The translations under genes were made by a program, and so were the position numbers. A model generated the notes under the pieces. That model was not told the origin of the DNA. It saw only the letters and a program-made list of their open reading frames with translations, and ran no database searches. This document shows, one piece after another, positions 42,027 to 55,143 of a stretch of 64,000 nt of DNA (position 1 is the first letter of the stretch; each line of letters begins with the position of its first letter). The DNA comes from Octopus vulgaris (lineage: Eukaryota), in NCBI GenBank assembly GCA_951406725.2, contig OX597829.1, positions 50,654,001-50,718,000 on the forward strand, in the 5' to 3' direction.

Positions 42027-42118
42027 GTGAATCATTGGTGATTTTCTTCCTCCGTCTTCTCTTCTTTTGGACTTTCCTCTATTTCTGAAGAAGAGCTTTG
42101 CTCAAAATGTTAAATCCC
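41901..42118. repeat. Perfect 95-bp-arm palindrome centred on (TA)n, containing a mutated hammerhead motif
   Basis: gggatttaac...gattcacatg (ta)n catgtgaatc...gttaaatccc; attt-CTGAAGA-a-gagc ttt gctc-AAAA-tgtt-aaat at 42081-42115. Confidence 0.93.
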
Positions 42119-42159
42119 AGGATGTGGTTTTTTTTATGTTTGTTCTTATTTGTTTGGAT

Positions 42160-42199
<40 letters not shown>

Positions 42200-44959
42200 T
42201 AAAGTGGGTAGTGAAAAGTCCCTGGCTTTAAGAGTATCACAAAAGGCCTGGTTAGAGGCCCAACCTTCTGAGTTCTTTTACAGGGCTTAGAAAAACTGAA
42301 GGACTGTGAATCTGAGAGGGGAATATGTAGAATAAAATCATAATTAACTTACCTCCTGTTTCTTCTTTTACCCAAAACCAGGAAATTTTCAGCATACCCT
42401 TGTATGAGTGTGTTTGTGTTTGTATGCACCCTTGTCTTCAAATCATATGGTGGTCCCGAACAAGTATTATTGTCACAAAAGCATTGTTGCTTGTTTCCAG
42501 TTGCCCTGTGAAAAATATCTTCTTAGGCCATGGGGGGGGGATATCGCCTGGCTTCAAAACAAGGGAGTGTTGGCAGCAGGGAGGGCATCCAGCCATGAAA
42601 AGACCACCTTAACAATTTCTATCAGACCCATGCAAGGATGGAAAAGTAGATGTTAAATGATAGTGATAATGATGATGATGACAATGACGACAACAGCCAT
42701 GATGACAGTGATGATTGTGATGATGATGATGATTGCTGTGAATTAAGACAGACTCAGAAAAAGCTCTCATAAAATCACTGATTGATTTTGGACCTTAACC
42801 CCTAAGCCATATCAAGTCCAAATATTCAACCTGTTTTACATTCAAAGTAGCCAGATCTGGTCTCTCACACTTACCGTATAATGCCATTATAAAATTAAAC
42901 AATTACACATCATCAAAATCTCAAAGTTATGAGATAATGCATGATTAATTAAAAACAATGTGAATAAATAAGCATACATACATATCATTTAGCAGGAGTG
43001 GTTGTGTGGTAAGTAGCTTGCTTACCAACCACATGGTTCCAGGTTCAGACCCCCTGCGTAGCTCCTTGGGCAAGTGCCTTCTACTATAGCCTCAGGCCAA
43101 CCAAAGCCTTGTGAGTGGATTTTGTAGACGGAAACTGAAAGAAGTCCGTCATATATATATGTGTATGTGTGTGTGTTTGTATATCTGTGTTTGTCCCCCC
43201 ACCATCGCTTGACAACCGATGATGGTGTGTTTACGTCCCCGTAACATAGCAGTTCGGCAAAAGGGACCGATAGAATAAGTACTGGGCTTACAAAGAGTAA
43301 GTCCTGGGGTCGATTTCCTCGACTAAAGGAGGTGCTCCAGCATGGCCACAGTCAAATGACTGAAACAAGTAAAAGAGTAAAAAGAGTAAAGAGTATACAC
43401 TTATACATGTATGCATACATGCTATACATACATGTATAACATACATGCATTCATACATCAAAGGTACATACAAAAATACTTACATACAAACACACACATT
43501 CACTCATACATACACGGACCATGCACACTCACACACACATACACACACAAACATATATATTCATATACTTACATATATACACACACACACATACAACCAT
43601 GCATACACACACATACACACATAACATGCATACATACAAACATTACACACACACACACCAACACACACACATATACATGCATACACACATGTTTGCATAC
43701 ATGCATGCACGCACATACATACATAACATGCATGCATGCAAACAGTAAACACACACACATACATACATGCATATATACATGTATGCACATACATACACAC
43801 ATACATACATAAAGTGTTATATCCCTTCTTTTCTGGAAACATAACAAGTCAATAAATAATATACTTTAACAGTTTTAGCCACACAAACAATACTTTGAAC
43901 TCCCCCAGTTCAATATTATTGATTTTTACCCTCCCACCACACACCCCACACACACCTCTAGCTCTTCTTCTAAAACCTCTCATTCCTAAACCTCTCCCTA
44001 AATCTTTAACCTTCAGTGCTGTGAATCTGATATGTAAATAATTATACATGCAAAAAAAAAAAAAAAAAAGAAAAATTTCCCTTAATTCATTCTGGGATGA
44101 ATAAAAAGGAGATAAAGTTCTTCATCTTCCGCCCCTCACCCCCATGGGACCGTATAATGGGTCTGAATGTTGCAAAAATTATTAAAATGCATATTTTAGA
44201 TTGTATAAAAAACTTTTCTGCTTGGAGCCAAGACCTTTAATGGAGAAAAAACAAGCTTTTAATGCATAGTAATATAAACGGCTGTGAATTAAGACAGACT
44301 CAGAAAAACTCTCATAAAATCATTGATTGATTTTTGACCTTAACTCCTAAGCCATATCAAGTCTGAATATTCAACATGTTTTATATTCAAAGTAGCCAGA
44401 TTTGGCCTCTCACACTTACCGTATAATGCCATTATAAAACAAAACAATTACACATCATCAAAATCTCAAAGCTATGAGATAATGCATGACTAATTAAAAA
44501 CAATGTGAATAAATAAGTATTATATTTGAGAGGGTAATCTGAATGCTCAAGGGCTGACCCTTTAGTATTTAACCCAGCCATGTCCATACCAAATATTTTA
44601 CCTGTTTTAGGTTGAAACCAGTCGGATCCAGTCTCTCACACATATCCTGCAATGTCATTCTAAAAATATACTCAGTTTGTCTCTTAAATCTTTTACACTG
44701 TGTATGTGTGTATGAGTGTATGTATGTATTTATGTGTATAAAGATTTAGAGAGGTAGATATATACAAAATTATAAACATGTATATACAAGTATATATACA
44801 TGTATTTTATATACATACATACATACATATATATGTTATATTTGTAATATATTATGTATAATATAACTGCTGTTGTGTAATGGTTTAATAAAGTATTGAT
44901 TGGGTATTATCTGATGGTTGATGATTGATTTAGGTATATTTCTCCATTTTCTCATTTTG

Positions 44960-45009
<50 letters not shown>

Positions 45010-45086
45010 AGTAGTTGAATGAAATCAGCTATGGACTCTGTGTGGGCAGTCATCTAAGCGTTTTTGTTCATCTTGATGCTGACATA

Positions 45087-45190
45087 AGTTCCTTGTTTTT
45101 CCTGATGAGAAGGTGGCATAATGCACCCCTTATTCCTTCGAAATTAGGAATATGCTGCCTTCGAAACATATGTCGAGAATAAAGGAATTT
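45087..45190 (+). ncRNA. Canonical type I hammerhead ribozyme with an extended, branched stem II
   Basis: Stem I aagttccttg.ttttc / gagaa.aaaggaattt; CTGATGA at 45102-45108; 12-bp stem II gaaggtggcata/tatgctgccttc; GAAA at 45163-45166; palindromic stem III acatatgt; GTC at 45172-45174. Lies in an element flanked by (TA)n on both sides (45007-45222). Confidence 0.85.
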
Positions 45191-45220
45191 TGTTAAATTG
45201 TCGTTCAACTCCATTCTTTC

Positions 45221-45267
<47 letters not shown>

Positions 45268-46416
45268 CACACATATACATACACACATAATACTATAAGA
45301 GTATAAGAGGTATCAGATGTTGTGTGCAAGGGAGAAGACTGTACTGGTATGGTTATGTGATGTGTGTGGATGAGGACAGCTGTGTAAAGAAGTATTAAGC
45401 TCTAATTGTGGAGGGAACCTGTGGAAGGGATAGACCCAAAGTGGTGAGGAAGGATCTTTAGACACTGAGCCTCACTAAAGAAATGATAAGGGACTGAGAG
45501 ATGTGGTGATCGGCTGTACTTGAGAAGACACATCAAGCTAAGTAAAAATTGCTTTTGTCCATACATACAAGTTTGTTCTTTTATAAGGTGCCGGGGCCAC
45601 ATAAAATGCACTCTGGTGCTGCAAAAAGGCACCCAGTGCACTTTGTAAAGTGGTTGGCACTAGGAAGGGCATCCAGCCATAGAAACCATGCTACAAGAAA
45701 CAGTTGGGGGTCTGGTCAACTCCCAGCTGGCCAGCTCTATGTCAAACCATCCAACCCATGCCAGCATGGAAAACGGACGTTATATGAGGATGATGATGAT
45801 GATGTATAAATAATATATAATAGAGTGAGAGAGAGATGAATGGACAGACAGACAGATACTATGGGCTTCTATACAGTCTCCATCTACTAAATTCCACTAA
45901 TGTACTGTTAGTGCACCAAACGCTACGGTTGAAGACATTTGTCCGAGGTATGCCTTGCAGTAGGATCGAACCAGGAGCCACATATGTCTGCAGCTAAAAA
46001 CCTCTTATCCACACGATCATGCAAGACCCCCCCCCACACCCCCATTGTTGACAAATGTCTATGCACATCAGCATGCATGTGTGTGTGTGTGCATGTGTGT
46101 GTATGTGTGTGTGTGCATGCTCACATTATTTCTATTTGTTTGACCGAGATATTTGACAGCACATATGTTACAAACTAATCAGAAATAGTTGATGTCATTG
46201 TTGTTGTTGTTGTTGTTATTACAAGTGTTTTTTGTGGAAGATTTTCTAATACTTTGTTTTGTTTTGTGTCTTCTGTGTGTGTGTGTGTCACCCTGTGGAC
46301 AGATGTTGTTACGATGTTTGGTTTTCATAGCTGTGCCAGTCAACCAAGACATCGAATTAAGTTGACTTATCAATTCTTCAAATTTGCTTTTAGTATTATG
46401 TGTGTATGTGTGTGAA

Positions 46417-46452
<36 letters not shown>

Positions 46453-46610
46453 GAAAATACATGTATATATGCATGTTTATAAATTTGTATATATCTACCT
46501 CTCTAAATCTTTATACACATAAATACATGCATACACATATTATACATACATAAATACAAGTATATGCACACACACACATGCGTGCACGCACACACACACA
46601 TGCGTGCACG

Positions 46611-46641
<31 letters not shown>

Positions 46642-46939
46642 ACACACATATATATATATATACAGAATGCTCTCTCTCTTTCACTCCCCCTTTTTCTTTC
46701 TCTTTCTCTCTCTCTCACTCCCCCTTTCTCTTTCTCTTTCGCTCTCTCTCTCTCCCTCTCTCTCTCCTACCTCTGTCTAGTGGTCTATCAGCTGGTAAAC
46801 ATGGTGAGTGTGAAGTAAATAAAATGATGGTGAAGTAATACAGATTGAAACCTATTTGAACTTATACAATATATCTGGGAAATGTACATGCCAGCTTTCT
46901 TTGCAGATACAGAACATTGTCTCCCATCCCTGTGTTTCC

Positions 46940-47427
46940 CCGGCCCACACCCTTAGAGTTGGTACATTGAAAGGTAGGTCTGGTGAGATTGTTGAGATGC
47001 TTCAATGGAAGCATGTACACGTGTGTTGCATCCAAGAAGTAAGATGGAGAGAAGCTTCTGCTAGGTTTCTCACAAGTGAAGAGTATAATAGGTATAAAAT
47101 CTTCTGGGTAGGGAACAGCGTTGGGGTTGGTGGTGTAGGCATACTTCTTCCTGAAAAATTGGCTGATAAGGTAATCAAAGTAGTCAGAATGTATGATAAA
47201 ATATTTAAACTATTTACGTTGAAACATAAAATAGAGGATTTATCATTGGTTCATTGTAGTAGTAGGTATATTAGCAGTGGTAGTGGTGGTGATGGTGTCA
47301 CTAGTATGATCGGTGGCTATTGTTGAAGCAGTAGGAGTAGTGGTGGTGGTGGTGTGGTGGTATGAATGGTGGTTATTGTTGAAGTTGTAGTAGTAGTAGC
47401 AGTAGTAGTAGTAGCAGTAGCAGCAAC

Positions 47428-47501
<74 letters not shown>

Positions 47502-47511
47502 TAGTAGTGGC

Positions 47512-47576
<65 letters not shown>

Positions 47577-48820
47577 CAGTGACTGTAGCAGCAACAGTGT
47601 TGCAACCTGGAACAACAACCATTATCTCACCTATGTCCCTCAGCCAGGACTACCTGACAAATAGAAAGACAGATTCTATGACACGTTTTTGCAGACTACC
47701 TCATTGACAAATGCCAGTGACCTCTTTGTGGCTGGAGACATCAATGGGCAAATGGAGCAACATCCAGGCAGTTTCCAATGAGGAAGGAACCAGGTTGCTG
47801 GAGTTCTGTGATGCAAATGATCATACGACTCTGCAACATTAACTTCAGAAAACCTGCCAGTTACCTATTCAGCTATCAATCCGGTGGGTACACTACCCAG
47901 ATTGAGTACATTCTTGCCAGAAAATGGGAAATATGGCTGCTTATAAATGCCATAAGTTTCCCAGTTGAAGAAAATGCTCGTCGACATAGGTTAGTCATTA
48001 GTGACTTCAGGATAAGGGCTAAATGGCTGCCTAGAACCAGAGTGAAAAAGAAAGGTCTGGAAGCTTAAGGATCTTCTGAAGGGTCAGAAATTTAAAGACA
48101 TGTTACTTAAAGCATTTGATGGAAAAGAAAAGGATATAGTGATATATAACGTAGAGGACAACTAGGGGTTCCTAGGGGACAATCTTTTGAGGGCCACTAA
48201 CCAAATCTGTGGCAGGTACAAAATCCCTTCTCGGTTTAAGGTGATACAGTGGTGGAATAGTGTAGTTGACAGGGCCATTAGAGAAAAGAAACAGGCCTAG
48301 AAGGACTGAAAGTGTGGTGGTAGCTGAGAACTGTGTATTAGATAGCCAGAAAGGAAACTAAGAGACAGATACATTTAGCCAGGGGAGAAATAGAAAAGGA
48401 GAAGTTTTTCAATGTTCTGTGATGTGAAGATCAGAGACTTGAAGTATTTCAGATTGCAAGACTGTGTGTGGGAGAAAATTGTGATGTCATAGGAGAGAAA
48501 TGTGTTTGTATGGATAATGGTTCACTTGCATTTAATGATTCTGCAAAGAAAGAGGCCTGGAAATGCCATTATGAAAGGCTGCTAAATGTAGAGAATGAAT
48601 GGAAGAAGAAGTGCCTGCCAAATGTTGACCCAGTTGAGGGACCAGCTACCTGAATCAACAGTACCTTGGTAGATAAAGCAATTAAGGATATGAAAACAGG
48701 GAAAACTCCCAAATCATCAGGAATCACTGCTGAGATGCTTAAAATATCTCGCGAAGTAGAAGATGGCCTAGTCACCTGTATAATTAATCTCAATGTCCCT
48801 GAGGGAGTCACACCCAATGA
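46940..48820 (+). mobile_element. RTE-clade LINE relic (AP endonuclease to start of RT), interrupted at about 47215-47595
   Basis: VGTLKGRSGEIVEML...CCIQEVRW...YKIFWVGNSVGVGGVGILL; SGGYTTQIEYIL...HRLVISDF; KKEAWKCHYERLLN; many stops. Confidence 0.85.
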
Positions 48821-49450
48821 TTGTTTTTAGTAGTGTGGGCCATCTGATGATGAGCCATGGCTCAAAATAGCTTCTCAAAATAGCTTCCTGCGCTTGCTTT
48901 ATATCATGCCTTGTTTTTTTTTTGTGATATTTTTATTCTAGAAAATACGTGTGGATGTGTGTGTGTGTGGGGGGGTGCACAATATATATTCCTCTGTCAT
49001 CCTTTACCACCATCATCTGTATCATATATAACCACTACTGGTTGTATTCACAACTACCATTGTCACCACTGTTTCATTTGCTACAACATCACTATCCACA
49101 CACCCCACCCATTATGACCATCACTACCATCCCCTACAACCACTCTTTTTATCTCTACATCTACAGCTGTAACTTCCACCACCACCGTCGCTCTTTTTAT
49201 CATCATCATTGTTGTCATCCTCATTACAATGATTATCATCATCATCATCATTGTCGTCAACATTATCATTATCCTCATCAACTTTCGGTGTTTATTTAAC
49301 TGACCCTTAGTATACATGGACCATCTATATACAAGTACTTTTATTTGCTGCCAATTGAAACTGTGCTTGCACGGTAGATTTGAAAAATTATAATATATAA
49401 GGATGAGACAAGTTTTATTTTGTCTCTAATTTATATATTAATGCTTTGGC

Positions 49451-49526
49451 ACATCCACTGATGAAAACTTTGCCTTGCAAATTATTTTATTTGCTAATTA
49501 AAGTTCGAAATCTAATGTCCGGCTGT
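49451..49526 (+). ncRNA. Degenerate hammerhead motif with long stem II
   Basis: acatcca-CTGATGA-aaacttt...gcaaat tatttt atttgc...aaagttc-GAAA-tctaat-GTC-cggctgt; stems I and III partly mismatched. Confidence 0.5.
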
Positions 49527-50627
49527 AAAACATGGTAAATGTTTTTATTTTCATTCCCTTTGAAATTGCTCTGAACTGTGGTTTGGACTTTTTGACTGTT
49601 CTTTCTAGTATGTAAGGCAACCTATTAAGGCTCACCTCTTTTGTGTTTAAATGTACACTAATTTTTATATACTAGTATAGACTGGTTATCTCTGTAATAA
49701 GAAGCAAACATTCTGTCTCCTCCTCTCTTTCTCTCTCTCTCCTCTCTCTCTATATATATGTATGTATACACACATATATATATATATATATATACACACA
49801 CATATATATATATTCACATACACACACACACACACATATATATATCCCTATCTATACATCCCTCTCGTTTTTTTTTTTGGTTTTATTTCTCTCCATACAT
49901 TCTGACCTCCTTATCTCTGCTGTTCACCCAAGTCACTTCTGACTTGTCTTGATTTATGATCATCAAACTTCTACCTCTATTATCTACTAACAACAGGATA
50001 AAAACGAAATCCAGAGAGGATCCAGGTTAAGTTTGGATCAATCCTGCAATCGATATGCAGGTGAGATATTGAGTCCTTCCTCTATTAGACTAATCCCAAA
50101 GCTAGCTCTTTCCTTCAGTACATTTACATTTTTATTTCTCTACTCTACTCACATTTCACACTTTATATACCTTCTAACGAGTATTTATTTTATCTCTTTT
50201 GCCATCATCATACACTGCCATCTTGCAATCTTACATCATGTCTCTCTCTGACTGTCTGTCTGTCTGTCTCTCTCTCTTTCTTTCTCTCATCTAGGTACTA
50301 TTTCTAGCAATCTGAATGGCCACATAGAGGATTTATCATTGGTTCATTGTAGTAGTAGGTGTATTAGCGGTGGTAGTGGTGGTGATGGTGTCACTAGTAT
50401 GAGCGGTGGCTATTGTTGAAGCAGTAGGAGTAGTGGTGGTGGTGGTGGTGGTGGTGATGGTATGAGTGGTGGCTATTGAAGTAGTAGTAGTAGTAGTGGT
50501 GGTAGTGGTGGTGGCAATGACTATAGCAATGACAGCGGTGGCATGGTAGCATCAACACATGGTGGTGGTGATGGTGGAGGGGTGCCATAATTATCACCAT
50601 TGTCTTCATCTGACTAATGTATAAAAA

Positions 50628-51260
50628 TATTGGGTTGTCCGGAAAGTCCATGCCGATTTATAGCAGCTTACCTATCAACTTATTTTAAAACATGGTTGAG
50701 TCCATAAAATAGAATTTGACTACACTTCCATTTAGAGCACAGTTTAAGCTATCTTTTCGTGGAAGAAGGTTTATGTTCCTACAATCTGTGTTAATTCTGT
50801 AATTAATGGAAGTTAATTCTGTAATTCTGTAATTAAAATGGAAGATAAGAAAGTGCTCTTGATGCTTTTCTTTTTCCGTAAAGGGAAAAATGCCTCACAA
50901 GTAACCAAAGAAATATGTGCAGTTTACAGTGATGTTTCTTTATCCAAAAGAACTGTATGGAAGTGGTTCGCAAGGTTCCAAGCTGGAGATTGTAGCCTTA
51001 TTGATAAAGAGCGATCAGGCAGACCATCCACTACAGATGATGACCAAATCAAGTCATTGAGAATAACCCACATTGCACAACCCGAGAATTGGCAGAAAGC
51101 CTCAACCTATCAAAATCTGTTGTTCATGAGCACCTGGTAAAGCTTGGGTATACAAATCGCTACGATGTTTGAGTACCACATGAGTTGAGTGAGAAGAACC
51201 TTTTGGATCGCATTTCCATCTGTGATTCGCTTTATAAATGGAATGAAAACGCGCCTTTTC
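50628..51260 (+). mobile_element. 5' part of a mariner transposon, joined at about 51260 to the 3' end and TIR of the Tc1 family seen at 30431 (to about 51385)
   Basis: TIR ta|ttgggttgtccggaaagt; MEDKKV..FFFRKGKNASQVTKEICAVY...RTVWKWFARFQAGDCSLIDKERSGRP; then ggtgtttccattattttgtgcaac. Confidence 0.8.
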
Positions 51261-51381
51261 AAACTTTGTACAAGTCCATACCTCATAGAATTCAAGGTGT
51301 AATTACTGCCAAAGGTGGTCCTACTCATTAAAATAAATTTGTTTGAAATTTTAAGGTGTTTCCATTATTTTGTGCAACTCC

Positions 51382-51436
<55 letters not shown>

Positions 51437-51726
51437 TTAGAGACAAAACCACTATTATGCAAATCAAACAATGAAAGACTTAATCCAATACATAAATTAA
51501 TTTATATTAATTAGAAATTTAACAATTATTGTGGATATTAAAAATTGTTAAATTTCTAATTAATATAAATTAATTTATGTATTGGATTAAGTTTTTCTTT
51601 GTCTGATTTGCATAATAGTGGTTTTGTCTCTAATTTAATATAATATTATATTTTACTATAAAATTGGATTCAATCCTAAATCTGATTTTTCCCTGTAAGT
51701 TTGGATTTATTCCCTAATATTATTAT

Positions 51727-51903
<177 letters not shown>

Positions 51904-52585
51904 TACATACATACTTACATATATATATATCATGGTGCCCCAGCATGGCCACAGCTCATGAGCTGAAACTGGAATCAATCAATCAATCATATATATATAT
52001 ATATATGCATATATATATATATCATATATATATATATGCATATATATATGCATATACATATATGTATGTATGTATAGAAAGACAGACAGACAGATATATA
52101 TACATATACATACATTTACACACACATATATATCCTCATCATTCTCATAATTTGATGTCCTCTATTTTCCATGCTGGCATGGGTAGAACAGTTTCCAAAG
52201 AACTGGTAAGCTAGGGCTGTGCCAAGCTCTTCTCTCTGTTCTGGCATAATTTCTGTGGCTAAATGCCCTTCCTAATGCCAACCATTTTACATAGCATTAC
52301 AGAACACAATTTTTACGTGATACTGGCATCAGTGAGTAACTCTCAAGACAAGGTTTGTAAAAACAACTTAAGCATTTAAACTGTGAACCTTTTTGTTTTG
52401 GTGTAAGCATGGCTGTGTGGTAGGAAGCTGGCTTTTGAACCATGCAGTTTCAGGTTCATTCCTACTGTATATATATATATATATATATATATTAAATAAT
52501 GAGGGTAGAAATTTATATTAATCAATTAAAACCAGTGGCTTAGCATATTTAAAAGTCCGAAGATTAAAAATTGTGTTACATACAA

Positions 52586-52744
52586 AATTAAGAGGAATTA
52601 CCACTAAAGTGGACACCCTATATGCTAAACATAGATGTCAATTCACCCTTACCATGAAGAGAACACACTCTTCGTGGTAAGGGTGATTTGACGTCTATCT
52701 TTAGCATATTAGGATTCCACTTTGGTGGTCAGTCCTCTTAATTT
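52586..52744. repeat. Imperfect hairpin (arms about 75 bp) in a (TA)n-flanked element
   Basis: aattaagagga...cacccttaccatgaagag aacaca ctcttcgtggtaagggtga...tcctcttaatt. Confidence 0.85.
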
Positions 52745-52803
52745 GTGTGTGTGTGTGTGTGTGTGTGTATTTATATATATATATACACACACACACATAT
52801 ATA

Positions 52804-53342
52804 TACAAGGTCTGATCCCAAAGTATCAGAACTGGTGCTTTAAAAAGAAAACTACAACACATATCAATTCAGCATTTAATCTCCTTCAAAGTGGTCTCCT
52901 TCTAAAGCCATACACTTTGTCCAACATTGTTTCTATTGACGGAAGCATTCTTTGGGCTTGTTTCTTGGAATAGCAAGCAGTTGTCATATTGCATTCTCTT
53001 GGATGTACCTCAGAATCTTGAAATCTTCGGTCTTAGGGTCATAGCCATAGATCCACGGTTGATCACTTATTATGACCATTTTCAAAAAGTTCCCATCTTC
53101 ATTGAGATAATCAAAGAGATCCTGTGCAGCTGCTAAAACCCAATCTTCTTTTCGAGACGACCACACTCCACACTCTTTACTTCCAAGCACTGCTACAGGG
53201 AACAGGAGGGAGCAAGAACCTTATAACTTTGTGTGTATGAGCGACAGAGTTCAAGATCAATCTGTGCCAAGCAGCTTCATTCTGCGTACTTCACCTCTGT
53301 TACCTTAGCAGCAGTTCCAAGACTTCTTCATCAGACCCCGTA
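52804..53342 (-). mobile_element. Deleted mariner element
   Basis: Ends tacaaggtctgat... / ...atcagaccccgta; remnant FLKMVIISDQPWIYGYDPKT. Confidence 0.72.
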
Positions 53343-53887
53343 TCATCATCATCATCATCATCATCATCGTTTAACGTCCGTTTTCCGTGCTAGCACGGGT
53401 TGGACGGTTTGACCGGGGTCTGAGAAGCCAGGGGCTGCACCATGCTCCAGTCTGATCTGCCAGTGTTTCTACAACTGGATGCCCTTCCTAACGCCAACCA
53501 CTCCGCGAGTGTAGTGGGTGCTTTTTACGTGCCACCGGCACAGGTGCCAGGGGAGTCTGGCATCGGCCACGATCGGTTGGTGTTTTTAACGTGCCACCGG
53601 CACGGAAGCCAGTCGAGGCGGCGCTGGCATGTGCATGTATATATATAGAAATTATTGGTACTTATATATGTAAAACACAATCTTTACATATGCATATATA
53701 TATATTCTCATAATTGTTTAAAATAAATAAATAGAGATAATATATTGTCTAACAGTTGATGCATACTACCTCTGGATCCCCTCCATTTTCTTCTTGCCAT
53801 ATATGTATATAAAATGTGACCCCGTGTGTACCGTTGGTGATTTTTTTTTCCTGTGTCTTCCCTTCTCTGGATCTTTCCTTCTCCTAT

Positions 53888-53922
53888 GTTTCCGACGAAG
53901 AGCTCAGCTCGAAACGTTAAAC
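53888..53922 (+). ncRNA. Hammerhead-like motif, U4C core plus one extra nt before stem II
   Basis: gttt-CCGACGA-a-gagc tca gctc-GAAA-cgtt-aaac; palindromic aacgtt in the stem III position. Confidence 0.5.
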
Positions 53923-54523
53923 CCTCCGTCTTCCCTTCTTTCCTGAGCGTCCAATAATACTATACTTGTTCCACGTCCTCGCGTTGTTGTGTTTTGTCTT
54001 TGTGTTTTCATGTTTGGATTAAAAGTAATTCACATTGTTGTGTTTTTTTTTGTGCTTTCTTGTTTGGATTAACTATATATATATATATAAATTAATAATA
54101 AAATATTAGGGAATAAATCCAAACTTACAGGGAAAAATCAGATTTAGGATTTAATCCAATTTTATAGTAAAATATTATATTATATTAAATTAGAGATAAA
54201 ACCACTATTAGGCAAATCAAACAATGAAAAACTTAAGCCAATACATAAAGTTAATTAATTTATATTATTTTAAATATATATCAAAAGTATTAATTTATAT
54301 TATTTTAAATATATATCAAAGGTATTAAACTTTTAATACTTTTGATATATATTTAAAATAATATAAATTAATTAATTTTATGTATTGGCTTAAGTTTTTC
54401 ATTGTTTGATTTGCCTAATAGTGGTTTTATCTCTAATTTAATATAATATAATATATATATATATATATATCTATACTTATAATTACATATCTATAAGTAT
54501 AGATATATACATAGATATACATA

Positions 54524-54577
<54 letters not shown>

Positions 54578-55143
54578 TACATATGTATGTGTTTGTGTCT
54601 TTGAATCAGTGTCTGTCCCTCCACTACTTGCCAACTAAATAATGGTTTGTTTATATCCCTGTAACTTAACAGTTTAGCAGAAAGACTGATAGAAGGTGGC
54701 GAGCTGGCAGAAACGTTAGCATGATGAGTAAAATGCTTAGCAGTATTTCATCTCTCTTTACGTTCTGAGTTCAAATTCTGCAGAACTCAACTTTGCCTTT
54801 CATCCTTTCGGGGTCGATAAATTAAGTACCAGTTGCACATTGAGGTAGATCTAATCAACTGGGCCCCCTCCTCCCAAAATTTCAGGCCTTGTGCCTAGAG
54901 TAGAAAAGAAAGAGACTGATAGAGTAAGTACCAGAGTTTATAAAAGAAAACAAAACTACACAGGTAACTGGGGTCATGGTGTTCATCGAAAACCTTTGAA
55001 AACTGTTCCAGCATGGCCACAGTCCAGTGACTGAAACAAGTAAATGGTAAAAAGCAATTCATCTTCAATGTTTCAAGAATACTGTGAATACTTTTGATAA
55101 TGCTTAATAAAATTTACAAAATATTGTTATATTTTTCTTGCAG

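Noticed and set aside
48830-48897. CTGATGA-tgagccatggctc-AAAA hammerhead-like remnant
   Set aside because: GAAA is mutated, and stems I and III are disrupted by a short duplication; too degenerate to call. A similar remnant near 59090-59125 (minus) was also left out.
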